From assembly GCF_009914755.1 (NCBI RefSeq), contig NC_060939.1: a stretch of 64,000 nucleotides of DNA, one strand, 5' to 3'. Positions 20,001-35,577 of the stretch are shown piece by piece. Each line of letters begins with the position of its first letter. Position 1 is the stretch's first letter. The notes below the pieces were generated by a model. It was not told the DNA's origin, ran no database searches, and saw only the letters and a list, made by a program, of their open reading frames with translations. A program made the position numbers and the translations under genes. The stretch is from the human T2T-CHM13v2.0 reference genome, Homo sapiens.

Positions 20001-20343
20001 TCTTTCCTATCTGTGCCAAGGATTTTTGTGAAGACTTTAACAACCTTTCTTTTATTCCATAAATCCCAATGAAATGGTTCATTCTGAGAAGTGGGGTGGC
20101 CCTTTGTGTGTTGTGTTTGCCAGCTGCTTTTACTGCTCTCGTTGAGCAATTCATAGGGATAGTGGAGGGAGAGAGCACCTCCTTCCTCGTTTCCCAGAAA
20201 CTCCCTCTCTTATCTCCCCACAGACAGATTTGCTGAAAACCCTCTGACTCCTTTCACTTTTTCAGTCAATCCCCTTAGGGCTGGGTGCATGTTGTAAAAC
20301 ACTCTCCCTACCCCAGAGAAGTGTGGGGCTTAGAAGAAAAATA

Positions 20344-21066
<723 letters not shown>

Positions 21067-21747
21067 ATACCTATTGGTCTTCTTCTTTTCTCCCTCTCTC
21101 TCAAGTCTGTGTTGATATAAGGAGTTGGGCTTGGTCCTTTGGGATAATTCCACAGCCCTCACTTTATCCTTGAGACACAACTATCACTGTGTTTCTCCCC
21201 ATACCAGCTCAACTCTCTCCCTACAACTGAGCTTTTATCTCATGGTCTTGTCTGGGGGCAAGTTTCTTCTTTTGAGGCCCCAGTTATTTTGGGGGGCTTT
21301 CTGGTGGCCAATTAATGCTCACTATTACCTTTCTGGGGCTTATTCCTATGTTCTCAGCCTCTTTTACCTCCCATGGCCAAGTCATCCGAATAGCAGCCAC
21401 CAGTCAATACTCCCATGTTGGAAGCCTTGGCTTCCTCGGTGTCCTGCTAAGCCCACACACTCTTGGCTGGACCAGGGCTGGGTTCCAGATCTAGCAATCT
21501 TCTTCAGGGCTCGCTGTCTGTGGAGGAACAAATTTCCTCTACTGCCAGCCACTTCCCATGCCTCAGGGAGTCGATACTGGTTTGTCCTTTGGCTTCCAGG
21601 ATCCTAGTTCTAAAGTATAAGCCAAGAAATCAGAAAGTTGTCAGGGGAGTTTAGATCAAAAACGGTTTGCTTTTAAATATAAACTTACCTTCTGTTCTCT
21701 GCTTCATTTTACCCTCTCCACTATTTTTTACTAAAGAAGCAAAGACA

Positions 21748-22149
<402 letters not shown>

Positions 22150-22191
22150 TTAGAACTATCTGGCAACTTGAAGAATAGAAAATAACAGTAA

Positions 22192-22487
22192 GGGTAGGGC
22201 ATAGTAGGGCACGTCTGTAATCCCAGCACTTTGGGAGGCCGAGGCGGGCGGATCACGAGGTCAGGAGATTGAGACCATCCTGGCTGACATGGTGAAACCC
22301 CGTCTCTACTAAAAACACAAAAATCATCTGGGTGTGGTGGCGTGTGCCTGTAGTCCCAGCTACTCAGGAGACTGAGGCAGGAGAATCACTTGAACCTGGG
22401 AGGCGGAGGTTGCAGTGAGCTGAGATCGTGCTGTTGCATTCCAGCTTGGATGACAGAGAGAGACTCCATCTCAAAAAATAAATAAAA
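22192..22487 (+). mobile_element. AluSc-like
   Basis: gatcacgaggtcaggagattgagaccatcc diagnostics; poly(A) tail. Confidence 0.88.
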
Positions 22488-22504
22488 GTACAGTAAGAAG
22501 ACCT

Positions 22505-22835
<331 letters not shown>

Positions 22836-25084
22836 TTACGTGACTTGGGATAGTTCACTTTGCCTTGATGATCCTATACCTCCTCACCTGTAAAATAGAA
22901 TCAATAATGCTTGCCTCTTCTCAGTTGTTTTGAGTCCCTGAAAATCTTTTCTAACCGTAAGTACTAATGGACTAATAAAACTCTATGTTTTTAAAATATA
23001 TATTTACAATGGAACCAACTGTCACAATATAGTATGGGAAGAGGGGAAGGGCTGAAAAGGAAACACTGAATTATTATCTTAAGAAATTCTTACCTTTGCA
23101 AGAAACAAGCTTTAGAAATTACAAGGGCAGACAGATTGAATCAGGAGTCCCTACAAAAGCAATCAAGATCAAATGAACTGTAATTATGGTAATCAGTTCG
23201 TGAACTTTAATGCCATATTCCTAATTTCAAACATTATGAAGTCCTGTATAGTGAATCAATCTGTCATTGCAAAGATAATAAAATTTTCTTGTCTGATGGG
23301 ATGTATTCTGTTTGACTGAAAATTTGTCATTCTTTTTCATCAGCAGCCTCTTTAGGGTCACCATTTTAAAATTTTAATTAAAGCGAATGAATCCTGTGAA
23401 TACTAATACATATGTTTTAAAATAATAGATTAATATAACAAGTTATGCTTCTGTAACTTCCCTTGGAATTTCTCCACGAAGGCTACTTTCTCCGAGAAGC
23501 CCTCCTTACCCCCATGTTAAATCAGGTTTTCTGGTTCTGGAGACCCATGGTGAGCTGGAGCTTTTGCGCTGCAACATGTCTCAATCTATGTTTGATTTTG
23601 TGGCTGTTTACTGTTTGTGTCCTATAGCTTAGCCTGGAAGTCTCAGGAGGGCAGAGAGCATGACTGTGTCATCCACACGGTCTACTATATGGCACTTATA
23701 GTTAAATCCACACTCCTCCCCGGGGCCTCTGAGGCGCCATGTAAATTGGCCCATCCTTTCCATCCTATCCCTCTTTCTGTGCCTCAATCCCTGTCATATT
23801 TTCACTTCTGGCCCTTTCTACTTGATGTTTTCTCCGCTGGGAACTCTTCCTCCAGATTTTGACTGGCTGTTGTCCATGCAAAATGTCATCCAAATGTCGC
23901 TGCCTTAGCAAGGCTTTCTGTGATCTAACATACTGGAATTAGAATTCCCCTTCCCAGACACTCTTAATCTCATTTCTCTCTTGTATTTTCTTTAGTGCAC
24001 TTGTCACTGTATGAATTATCTTTCTTATGTATATATCTATGTTATTACATGTGTGTATATTTGTAAATTTGTTACTTGTGCTCCCTCTAAGATCTAAGAT
24101 CTCTGAGTTTAGAACTCTATCTTATTTGGCTTGTTTACTTCTGTATCATCAAAGACTAAAATGCAGCCAATAAATACCTGTTATATGAATAAATAAATGG
24201 TCAGCAAATGTTCAAAGGTGTATACATTGGATAAACGAAACAATCAACTTTATTGTAACATTATTTAATATATATTTTAACTTATGATCCTTGTTTTGGC
24301 ATCGCATAAAAACAGGGTTCTTGTAATTTCCTAACTGAAGTTTGTCTTCAGAAGTTCTGTCCTTGGGAAGGGTCTACACTAAGCCATTGTTCTAGGATGT
24401 TCCTCACATGGCTTATTTGTGTGGCAAAACAAAGATTAACATCAATGCCTTTGGAGCCACGCAATGGTCCCAAATAGATTCATTGCAGTTGTGGGTTTCA
24501 TGTTGACCCCCTGAGCCATGCCCTCTACATTCCTCTTTTCTTAGGACATCTGGGGCCCCTTGGTCCTCAGCTGAAGACATGGTCCTGCCTAGACTCTGAG
24601 ATAAATCCTTTCTTTGAGGAGTAGAGGCATAAAGAGCTCTAATCCATCACTCTGGACCCCGGAACTAAGTCAAGCTTTCCATTTGGATTTTCTTGACATT
24701 GAGGTCCAGTGTGGTCTTGGCTTCTTCAAAGATTTCATTGCTTTGCTGTGTTCACATAATTCACCACTGCACTCCATAGAAACTTCCTGAAGTTAGTGCT
24801 TTCTAGGAGCATCTCTTGATTTCTTCTGTAGTGTCTGCATGTCTTACTTGTTCCACAGTTGCCCGTATTTACTTCCATCACAGCACTTCCACAGCAAATT
24901 CCATTTTATTCCCAGGTATTTAAAATTTCCTTTGTTTTGGCATTATTTCAATACCAGTAATCATATTTAAACATATTACCCCTCTAACAAATCTGGCTAA
25001 AAATGTTTAATATGACTTAAATTTCTGTATTTATTTTATATACAGGTAGGGAGTATCATGCATTGGATTCAATATTCTGAGGGT

Positions 25085-27195
25085 TTTTTTTGTTTGTTTA
25101 TTTCTTTAGTAACAGCTTTATTGAGATACAGTTTTGTGTAGTAAGGAATTTGGCCTCACCTAAAGGAAGGTCTGAATTTTGTCCTGGGTCCTGGGAGGTA
25201 CTGTCTAAAACTGGAGTGATAAGTCTATTCGTGGTGGGTCTGATGGTTTATGCTAAGGTGAAGTGTGACTCAGGGTGAAGTGTGGTCATGCCAGAAAGTC
25301 CAACCAAGTGATGAGAGGGTCAAGGATCTGAACTGTGCGATATTAACCCCATCTCTGGAAGGGAAGCAGAGCTGGAGATTGAGTTCAACCATATGAAAAA
25401 TGATTCAATCGATTATGCTGACATAATAAAGCTCCAATAAAAATTCTGGACACCTAATCTTGGGTGAACTTCTCAGGCTGGCAGTACAACATGTGTGTGG
25501 TAACACATCGAAGGTAGGAAGGTAACACATTTCTGAGGACAATGAAAGCACCACCTTTAGAAGTCTCCCAGATATCACCCTGCTTCTTCTCTTCCTTTGG
25601 CTGGTTCTAATTTGTATTCATTTATTATAATAAAACAATAAGTATAATGCTTTCTTCAGTTCTGTGAGTCATTCTAGTGAATTATCAAACCTGAGGATAA
25701 TCACAGGAAACCCCCTAATTTGTAGCCAGCTGCTCTGTGAGGGCAGCCTTGGGGACCCCCAAATTTGTGGCGGCGTCTGAAGTGAGAACAATCTTTGGGG
25801 GACTATTTCCTTAGACTGTGTAGTTTGTCTAAATTCCTTTGCATATTTATATACCACAAAGTTCACCTTTTAAAAGTATTATTTGGCGATTTTTAGTATA
25901 TGTACAAAGTTGTGTGTGAATTACTACTATTTAATTTCAGAACTTTTTAATCACCCCCGAGAGGATCTATGTACCCCCTCCCCATTCCCTCTTCCCTCTC
26001 ACCTGCAGCCCCTGGCAACCACTAATACATTTTCTGTCTCTATGAAATTGCCTATTCTGGACATTTTATATAAATGGAATCAAACAATATGGGGTTCTTT
26101 GTGCCTGGCTTCTTTCACATAGCATAACGCTTCCAAGGTTCATCCATGTGCTGTCATGGATCAGAACTTCATTCCTTTTTGTGACTGAATAATATTCCAT
26201 TGTGTGGATATATACTATTTTGTTTATCTGTTGATCAGCTGATAAACATTTAGACTGTTTCCACAATCAGCTATTATGAATAGTGCTACTATGAACATTC
26301 ATGCATACGTTTTTGAGTGGACATATGTTTTTAATTCTCTTGGATATATACTGAGTAGTGGATCATAAGTGGTAATTCTATGTTTAACCTTTTGAGGAGT
26401 CAGCAAACTGCTTACTAAAGTGGCTTCCTTATTTTCCGTCCCCACCGGCAATGTATGAGGGTTCCAATTTCTCCACAGTTCCGCCAACACTTGTTATTAT
26501 CTGCCTTTTTTAGTCCAGCCCTCCCAGTGAGTGAACTGGTATCTCATGGTCATTTTAATTTGCATTTCCTTAATGACAAATGATGTTAAGCATCTTTTCG
26601 TGTGTTTATTTTCCATGTGTATATCTTCTTTGGAATACTCACTCTGCAGCTCCTTTGTCCATAATTGTGAAGGTGAATTTCTGGATCATCAATTCTGTTC
26701 TATTCACCTGCGTATCTACTTCTTGCTAACACCATGCTGGCTTGATTATTATAGCTTTATAGTAAATTTTGAAATAGCAAAGGATGAGTTGTTCAGCTTT
26801 GTTTATCTTTTTCTAGATTGTTTTGGCTGTTTTTCATTTCTTGAATTCCCAAATGAATTTTAGGATCAGCTTGTCAATTTCTGAAAAAAAGTAATCTGTT
26901 ATAGGGATTATGTTGAATCAGCAGATCAATTTGATGATTATTGCCATCTTAACAATATTAAGTTGTCTGATTCATGAACAAGAAAGTTCTCTTCATGTAC
27001 ATATATCTTTAGTTTTTTTCTTCAAAATGTTTTTTATTTTCCAGATTACAAGTCTTATACTTTTTTGCTTAAATTTATTCCTAAGTATTTTCTTGTTTTT
27101 GATATTGTAAATAATTTTTAAAATTTTATTTTTATTTATTTTAGTGTGTAGAAATATAACTGATTTTTGTATTTTGCTCTTGTACCTACAGCGAA
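25085..27195 (-). mobile_element. Ancient L1M (L1MB-like) 3' portion, split by a MER21 LTR
   Basis: acagctttattgagata start, resumes at ~25846; ORF 26066-26266 resembles the ORF2 C-terminus (YIHTMEYYS..KRNEVLIH..TWMNL). Confidence 0.8.
25136..25843 (+). mobile_element. MER21-type LTR
   Basis: ggtcatgccagaaagtccaacc...gctggagattgagttcaacca...ttcagttctgtgagtcattctagtgaattatcaaacctgagg. Confidence 0.75.
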
Positions 27196-27723
27196 TTTTA
27201 ATGATATATTTTATTGTTTGGAAAGCCCATATAGGCACTAAGCCCCTTGAAGCAGAGACTATTTTGTTTGTGACATACATTTAGAACATAGATCAGTGAC
27301 AAGGATGCAGTTAGTGAAAAATTATACATATTAAATGAATAAGCATTTATCGAATCTTTTACATCTTTAAGGCACCCTATGAGAGGCTGTGGGGAATCAA
27401 AGGGATATAAATGCATAGCTTAAAGCTTGTAAATTATATTTTGCTTAGTAAGAACACTGAATAAAATTATGATGACCACTTGTCTCCTTTTTATGACACA
27501 TTATTCATAATGTCATACTACTTCTGTCCGACTGCATTTGCTATGCCTCTCCTGAGGCATCTAATAATTTTATGTACTCAGGTTTTCTGGTCCTAGGTGT
27601 GCACTAATTAAAACACTATTGTCTTGATTTGCTGCCACTCTTAGTATCATTTGCATTTTTAAATAGAAAGAGTTATAAAGGGTAATGCTTAACCCAAAAG
27701 GTTGAGAATAGGAGTAGACTGCT

Positions 27724-28121
27724 ATATTAGTCCATTTTGCATTGATATAAAGGAATATGAGACTGGGTAATTGATCAAGAAAAGAGGGATAGTGTGAAAA
27801 GAGGGAAGTGTGACGCCAGCATCTACTTCTAGTTTGAGGCTCAGGAAACTTCCAACATGGCAGAAAGCAAAAGAGAACAGGTATCGCCTGGTGAGAGAGG
27901 GTGCAAGAGAGAGTGGGGAAGGGTCATGCTCTTTTAAATGACCAGCTCTCGTGTGAACTAACCAAGTGGGAACTCACTCATTACTGAGGGAAAGACACCA
28001 AGCCACTCATGAGAGATCTGCTGCTGTGTGACCCAAACACCTACCATTAGGCTCTACCTCCAACATTGTGGATCACATTTCAACATGAGGTTTGGAAGGC
28101 ACACATATCCAAACTATATCA
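27724..28121 (-). mobile_element. MST (MSTB-like) MaLR solo LTR
   Basis: tattagtccattttgcattg..ataaagga ... acatttcaacatgaggtttgga...atccaaactatatca. Confidence 0.85.
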
Positions 28122-28897
28122 ACTGCTAAGATCCCTTTAACTCTAACCTTCCAAGAATATTAAAAGACTGGAACATCAGATATGGTTGCACTTCAGTCCA
28201 GAATGCATTTTTTTCAGGGGGGCTATATCTATCACTTTTGGAATCATGCAGTGTAATAAACCATCTGCTTTATCTGTAAACCTGACTATTGACTGTACTT
28301 GTCCTTGGTATACCTGTCATTCTGCAACCTTCCCAGGGCCAACACAGTGGGGATTATGTTGGCCTGTCCTGAGCATCATATTGAAAACCTCTCAGTAACA
28401 GCAGAAAATGTGTCTCTATAAACATAGTGCATTTTCTTTAATGCTTGTAGAAGATGTATGTGTGACAGATGCTTCTCATCAAACATTTAATTAATTTGTT
28501 GTATTTAGATATCTTAATACCTTTCAGTAAAAATGAATTAGTATTTGAAGAAAAAACTTGGACGGTAAAGCCAGTTTCATCAAATTTTTTTAAAATAAGA
28601 GGCAGATCATTGGCTTGATGAGATCTTTCATACATTCTAGAATTATTGGGCCTAATTTTCAATTTTCCCTTTCTAGTCGGAGTACCAAATCTTTAAGCCA
28701 AATGTGACATAATTTGCCATAGAAAATAAAGTCACTGCATTAACTCAAATCAGACAGCATTTTATTTCATGGTGACCGCAGGGGTGTCCTTGAGAACTTA
28801 TCAGTGTCAGCACCCTCTGAACATTATATTGGCAAAAGTCTTTGTATCATAAGTGAGGAGATATAGTCATGTGAATGAATATGTGTTGAAGGAGGAG

Positions 28898-29253
28898 TGA
28901 TATGGTTTGGCCCAAATCTCATCTTGAATTTTAGCTTTCATAATTCCCACATGTCATGGGAGGGGCCTGGTGGGAGGTAATTGAATCATGGGGGCAGGTC
29001 ATTCCCATGCTGTTCTCGTGATAGTGAGTAAGTCTCACAAGATCTGATGTTTTATAAAGGGCAGTTCCCCTGCACATGCTCTCTTGGCTGCTGCCATGTA
29101 AATAAGATGTGCCTTTGCTTCTCCTTTGCCTTCTGCCATGATTGTGAGGCCTCCCCACCCGTGTGGAACTGTGAGTCAATTAAATGTCTTTGCTTTATAA
29201 ATTACCCAATCTCAGGTATGTCTTTATTAGCAGTGTGAGAACAGACTAATACA
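28898..29253 (+). mobile_element. THE1 (THE1C-like) solo LTR
   Basis: TGATATGGTTTGG...GACTAATACA termini; 5-bp TSD aggag/agggg. Confidence 0.92.
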
Positions 29254-30047
29254 AGGGGGCAATATTCAAAACTATAATCAAGGTTTTCTGGAAGTCATCT
29301 CACAGAGGCAGTATGGAGTGGATACAAATGCAATTTAGCCATCCGAAATCTCATTACTTGTGCGTATTCTGTTTGGAGAAAACCTGTGGAAATAGATGGT
29401 TTCAGTCATGAAAGCACAAAGTAAGAAGAGTACTAGGTCATGGGCAGTATTATATGTCTACACCTAATAGTTAGCTGAGCTCAGTCAAGCGACGTAATCA
29501 GCATGTTCTCCTTGACTAAATTATTTCCACAGAATGTGGAAGTTTCTCAAGTATCATTAATGAATTTTTGGAATTCTAGAATCCTGTTTAAATATGACTT
29601 TGTTCCTGAGAGATGAAGCCACTCTCAGTGTTCCAACAAGTTCTACATGATAGCTAGATTTGGGACTGTGGTGAGTTCACCTTGCATGTTCTGTCTGAGC
29701 CACTGTCTGGCTTGCATTAGGTGATATTTGATCTGATTTTATTCACCTGTGATCTATGTCAAAGCACAGGACACTGCTAGAAAAAAATTGAGTGGCCAGG
29801 CAAGTTTGTCTTCTATACTTCTAACATATAAGTTCTATGACAATTCCTCATCCCCAGGCTCTTTTCCTCACCTGAAAATGCATTTCTGCCAGTTTGCAAA
29901 ATCTTCCTTGGGAAAAGATGCTTAAGTGGCTTTGTCAAGGTGTAAATGACTGATATTTTACAATATCATTTTGCCATGTTCACATTGTTATACTATGGCC
30001 TAGAATGAATAACACTGGAAGTTTCGACATCAACAAGCTATGCACAT

Positions 30048-30465
30048 TGTAGTAGACACTTCGGGTGTGCACTCTTGTTTACTCTGACTCATCTTCTGAA
30101 GCATGGGAGAGTGACATTTCTCTGTCCCCTTTGCAGTTGGAGTTTTGTGACAAGTTCTGACAATGGCCTGAGTAAAAATGATATCTGTACCTTCTGAGAC
30201 AAAATATTTTGTGCTAAAGCAAAATCCTCCAGAACTCCCTTCCTCTTCAGGGGCAACAGAGTAAGTTTCATTTTCATTTATCTCATCAAAATGGCCGTCT
30301 CTCCAACATCCTAGTTCCCTGAGAGATTTCCTGGAGCAGAGCCCCTCACTGAGATTGTATATGTACCATTTTGTACGATTTTTTATATGGACCATGACTA
30401 AGAAATTCATCTTTCTTGTATTATTTACTGCTGAGAATTCAGAGTTTGTTACCACAATATAATTT
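30048..30465 (+). mobile_element. Old MLT1 (I/J-like) LTR
   Basis: tggagcagagcccc...ctgagaattcagagtttgttaccacaatataa; its end appears to resume after the MER33 at ~30795. Confidence 0.55.
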
Positions 30466-30467
30466 GG

Positions 30468-30790
30468 ACCAGTGCCATCTAATAAAAATATAATGTGAAT
30501 CATTTAAGTAATTATAAATTGTCTAGTAGCCACATTACAAAAGTGAAGAGAACCAGGTGACATTAATTTTAATATTTAATGTCACATATCCAAAATATTA
30601 TCATTTAAACACGTAATTAATATAATCACTAATGAGATATCTTAAGTTCTTTTTCATTATACTAAGTCTTTGAAGCCAGATGTGTATTTCATCCTTACAC
30701 CTCATCTCATTTTGCATCAGACACATTTCCAGGGCTCGCTCACACTCTACAGGTGACTATTTGGGTGGTGCTGTATTGGACAATGCAGGT
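30468..30790. mobile_element. MER33/MER3-type hAT element
   Basis: cagtgccatctaata...tctagtagccacatta...gtattggacaatgcag termini. Confidence 0.7.
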
Positions 30791-30961
30791 CCACACCATC
30801 CTGACTAAATGTATAAATTATATAAGTATAAGTTTACAAATAAATTATGAACCAGGGATTATTTAATAATAGGATTATTTAATTAAATAATAATTAAATA
30901 ATTAAATAATAATTAAATATTTAAGTAAATAATTAAATAATCAGGGATTACTTAATAATAA

Positions 30962-31304
<343 letters not shown>

Positions 31305-31705
31305 GGATGCGTTCTTTCGTTATTATTATTAATCTCTGGATATTTCTCTTTGCTTTGTATTTCTTCCCACCTATTTAGGAGCTGTAAGGCTGCCTTTGCT
31401 GTGTTAATCACAAACTACAGCTTTTCTGAAGGCGTCTGGAATGACATCACACGCTGATGTGAATATAGAGAGAGAACATTTTGTTGGGTGCACGGGGCAG
31501 CCTCAGGATCAGATAGTTTTACACACTGCTGTGTTAGGCTGTTTACCCTGCAGGGAAGGCAGCCAGGTAATAACATCCAATTCATATAGGCACCTCCTAC
31601 GATAGTGACTCTTCATCCCTTCTCTTCTCTGGAGGTTAAGAGAGAAAACAGAAAAAGACTCAAATTCTTGAAACATTACTTTCAATTTAGTTCAATATGT
31701 ATGTG

Positions 31706-32125
31706 TGTTAGTTCAGATTCCCCTAAAAACAGACCCTGAGACATAATTTAGGTACGAATAATTTATTGGGGCTGTGGAGAGCGTGGGGAGTGATACAGGG
31801 AAGAAAAGGCAGAAAATAGAGTGTGCTCTGTAAAGTTAGCTGCCACTGTGGGCTTCTGGTAGTTGATCCTGAAAGGAGAGTATAGAACATGGTGTTGAAC
31901 CCAAGACTTGGACTTGAAATGAACCCAGCTGAGGGCAAGAGGACTGGGGAATTTATACTCCAACTCTTGAGAGTCATTCGTTGGTTGTGGGCTGCTCCTA
32001 TAAGGTGTCAGTTCCCTGACACTCCTGGCCAACAGCACACGCAGCCACAGAGATGTCAGCACTCAGATTTGGAACTCCTCCAGACGCGCGAAGCAATATG
32101 TTTGATGGATACAAGTGAGGCTCTC
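31706..32125 (-). mobile_element. ERVL solo LTR (LTR33/LTR16 group)
   Basis: ttcccc...cagaccctgagaca...tttattgggg...gtgatacagggaag...gccactgtgggc. Confidence 0.6.
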
Positions 32126-34111
32126 TGATAGGACTTTCTTTCAATATTGGGTGTAATCAAAATCATAGAATTATAGATTCACATTTGACTGACCTCCAAA
32201 GGAAGAGTTTCAGACAAGAGATTTAATGCAATGTCACAAATTTAGGCTGTAAGGGGGGCATAGTTTTGAGTGTAACTGCTATTTTGCGATGAGGAAACAG
32301 GAGCTTTATGGATAAACATGGCCCGAGGTCATAACACTTGAGAAAAAGAAAGGCAGGAGGCATCATTGCACATAGGCAATGATTTTGCAGCTACACAGAC
32401 ATGAAGAGGAGCTGTCAGCTGCTTCTGGGCGTCATGGTGGATTGGCTTCTTAATGGATATAGCCCCTGTGCTCTACAGAGGCTCCTCAGAGATGATTGAA
32501 CTCCAGAGACTGACTCACACTATGCACGGAACATCTACTTGGCTGGAGAGCCAGCCTGCTAATTTGCAAAGGACATTTCCTCCTTGATGAAGTTTACAGC
32601 ATCATTCTAGTCATTTTTTTTTTCCCTAAAAGGACTCCATAATTAGATTAGTGTTAACACCTTGACTTTATAGATGGAGGCCTGGGAAACACCCTAGTCC
32701 TACACTGGCACATCTGAAAACTATCCTTCTGGTGGGGGCTACTTCTTTGTCAAAACTCATTCATTTTATATTTAAGACTTGAGTATTGAAAGCATGATAA
32801 TTAATCTCTTTGTTCCTAAATTCTAAAGATATATCCTGTTTGGAATTGTAGCTCCCTATGTAAGGTATATGAATATCTTTATGTTGTCAGTCCAATGGAA
32901 AAGCAAATCAGTGTTTTTCTGTATATGTGTCAGATCCAGAGAAATAAATAGAATTCTGTTATCATTTATTTAGTACCTGCCATTTGTAAGTTTCACACAA
33001 AAGGAAGACGGTGGAGGTAAAACAAAAATGAATAAGGAAAGACTCTTGTAACTCAAACTTCAGAAGATCTTAAAGTCATTCATTCAAAAATATGTATTGT
33101 GAGTATTGTGTGTCAGATATGAGGCTAGGTGCTGGGGATATCATGATGAACAAGATAGACATGAGCCCTGAGCTGGTGGGGAACAGAGATATGTATAATA
33201 TAAATTACAGTACAGTATAGTACCTGAGGTAACAGGGCAGCTAGATATGCCCTGGAGCTCAGAGGTTTTCTCTCTTTGCTTTTAACCACCCCGTGGCCAG
33301 ATTGGATGGGGATTTTAGTGTTATCACCCTGCAGAAAACAAGAGAAATATCCTTCAGTATTTATAGAATGGTGCTTTAGCATGTGGCTGAGAGCTACAAT
33401 TTAAAAGCCCAAGATTGCAAATCAGTTCTTGCATTAGCACTGGATTCTATTTACTCAGATGCCCAGAAACATCCCATGAGGCCAGTTCTCTAGAATTAGA
33501 GAGTGTTCCAGTAATTGCAACCCTGAGCTATGCTGCAGTACAAAAGGATTAATAGAGAATAATGTGGACATATGTTTAAAAAGATAAACATGCTAGGTGG
33601 ATGTGAAGAATTGTTCTTGCTAGTGTTTGTTGTGGAATCCCTGGTTGGGTCTATGTTGTCTTTACACCTGAATACTAGGCTGGGCAAGTCTGATGGACTA
33701 GTGGAGCAGATCCATCAGGAATTTGTTTGCATGAGAGTATCCCAGATAAGAACTTATTTTAAGGGAAAAAGAGAGTCGAGCACAACACCCCTTACAGCCA
33801 GAAGGCAGGAGCAGAGTGATGAGAGCACTGAGTGATACGTAACACTTGAGTTAGACTCCAGCTCAGCAACCAAAGAATGACCCTTGTCTTGGTCATAAGC
33901 TGACAAAGGATTTAAAATAAAATATGGCAATACTATTTCACCAAAAACATGTATATTAGGTAAGCCGATACTGCCTTATCAGAGGGTAAAGAGGAAGAAG
34001 AAAAATTTTCCCCTAAATCACTATCCAGCTTCGGCATCATGGGGGCCTGATCATTGGGGCGCTATCGAGGAGGAGGTAGTGGAAGTGGCAGCTACATTTA
34101 ATGCAATTCTT

Positions 34112-34575
34112 GTTTTAAAAATTTTTATTGATATGTAGCTGTTGTAAATATTCTTGGAGTGCAAGTGATATTTTGATATATGCATATAATGTGTAATGAT
34201 CAAATCAGGGTAATTAGGATATCCATCACCTCGAACATTTATCTTTTCTTTGTGTTGGGAACATTGAAACTCTTCTCTTCTAGCTGTTTTGAAATATACA
34301 ATAAGTTATTGTAAACTATAATTTTTCTATCATACTATGGAATAGTAGAACTTATTTCTTCTATGTAACTATATTTTTGTATCCCTTAACCAACTTTTCT
34401 TCATCCTCCCCTTCCCTTTTCCCTTCCCAGACTGCAATAACCACCAGTCTGCTCTCTACCTCCATGAGATCCACTTTGTTATCTCCCACATGTGAGTGAG
34501 AACATGTGATATTTGTCTTTCTCTGCCTGGCTTCCTTCACTGAACATAATGACATCCAGTTCCATCCACGTCATT
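34112..34575 (-). mobile_element. L1MA-type 3' end
   Basis: tgtaatgatcaaatcagggtaatt.ggatatccatcacctc..acatttatc motif. Confidence 0.8.
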
Positions 34576-34997
34576 CAATGAAATTCTGCAACATGTGCAG
34601 GAAGATGGCAGAAATTTCTGAGCACTAATGGCAAAAGCCCATAGCAGTGGCTGTGTGTGGCAAATGTTGCCAGCCAAAATTGGTGGTAGATGGATGACAG
34701 TAGCAGTGGTACCTAGCAGAGATGTGCGTTCCCTGTGGATTTGGCAGTGATAATCCAAGCATGCTGTTAGCTATGTCTAAGAGGACATGAGAGGCACCCA
34801 CTGGGAACTCCTAAAAACTATGGGTGACAGAGGGGAGGTTTAACAGAGAGCAGAGTTCCCTATATGAGCAGGGGGAAGCAAGAGCCAGCAAAGTCTGGAT
34901 GAGAAACCCAGTTCCCATATGAGCTTGCAGGTGGATAGACTCAACAAACTCAAGGCAACTTTTCTCCTCTCTCATCCCCTTCTTAAAAATTATTATT

Positions 34998-35232
34998 ATC
35001 CCAGCACTTTGGGAGGCCGAGGCAGGCAGATCACGAGGTCAGGAGATCGAGACCATCCTGGCTAACATGGTGAAACCCTGGGCGTGGTGGCGGGCGCCTG
35101 TAGTCCCAGCTACTCAGGAGGCTGAGGCAGGAGAATGGTGTGAACCCGGGAGGCAGAGCTTGCAGTGAGCCGAGATCACGCCGCTGCACTCCAACCTGGG
35201 AGACACAGCGAGACTCCATCTCAAAAAAAAAA
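34998..35232 (+). mobile_element. AluY, 5'-truncated and lacking the central A-rich linker
   Basis: gtgaaaccc joins directly to tgggcgtggtggcgggcgcc. Confidence 0.88.
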
Positions 35233-35416
35233 TATGTTATATTTTGGTATCAGTATTTTCAACATACAGAGAGCTTTTCACTTGGTGCTATTGTCCAGCA
35301 GATGAAGGACGGTTTTACTTATATTTATTTGGAATGTCAAGATGGTGGCTTTGGCAACATCAAAAATGTTGAGTCAAAAATGAGTGACTCTTGCTTTGAA
35401 AGAAACTTTGTCACTC

Positions 35417-35577
35417 ATATATATACATATATATAAATATATATAAAAGATATATATAAATATATATAAAAGATATATATGTAAAAGATATATATAAAAA
35501 TATATAAATATATAAAATATATAAAAATATATAAATATATAAAAATATGTAAAATATATGTATAAATATATATATAT
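35417..35577. repeat. AT-rich (TA)n/(TATAAA)n low-complexity repeat
   Basis: Visible directly in the sequence. Confidence 0.9.
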
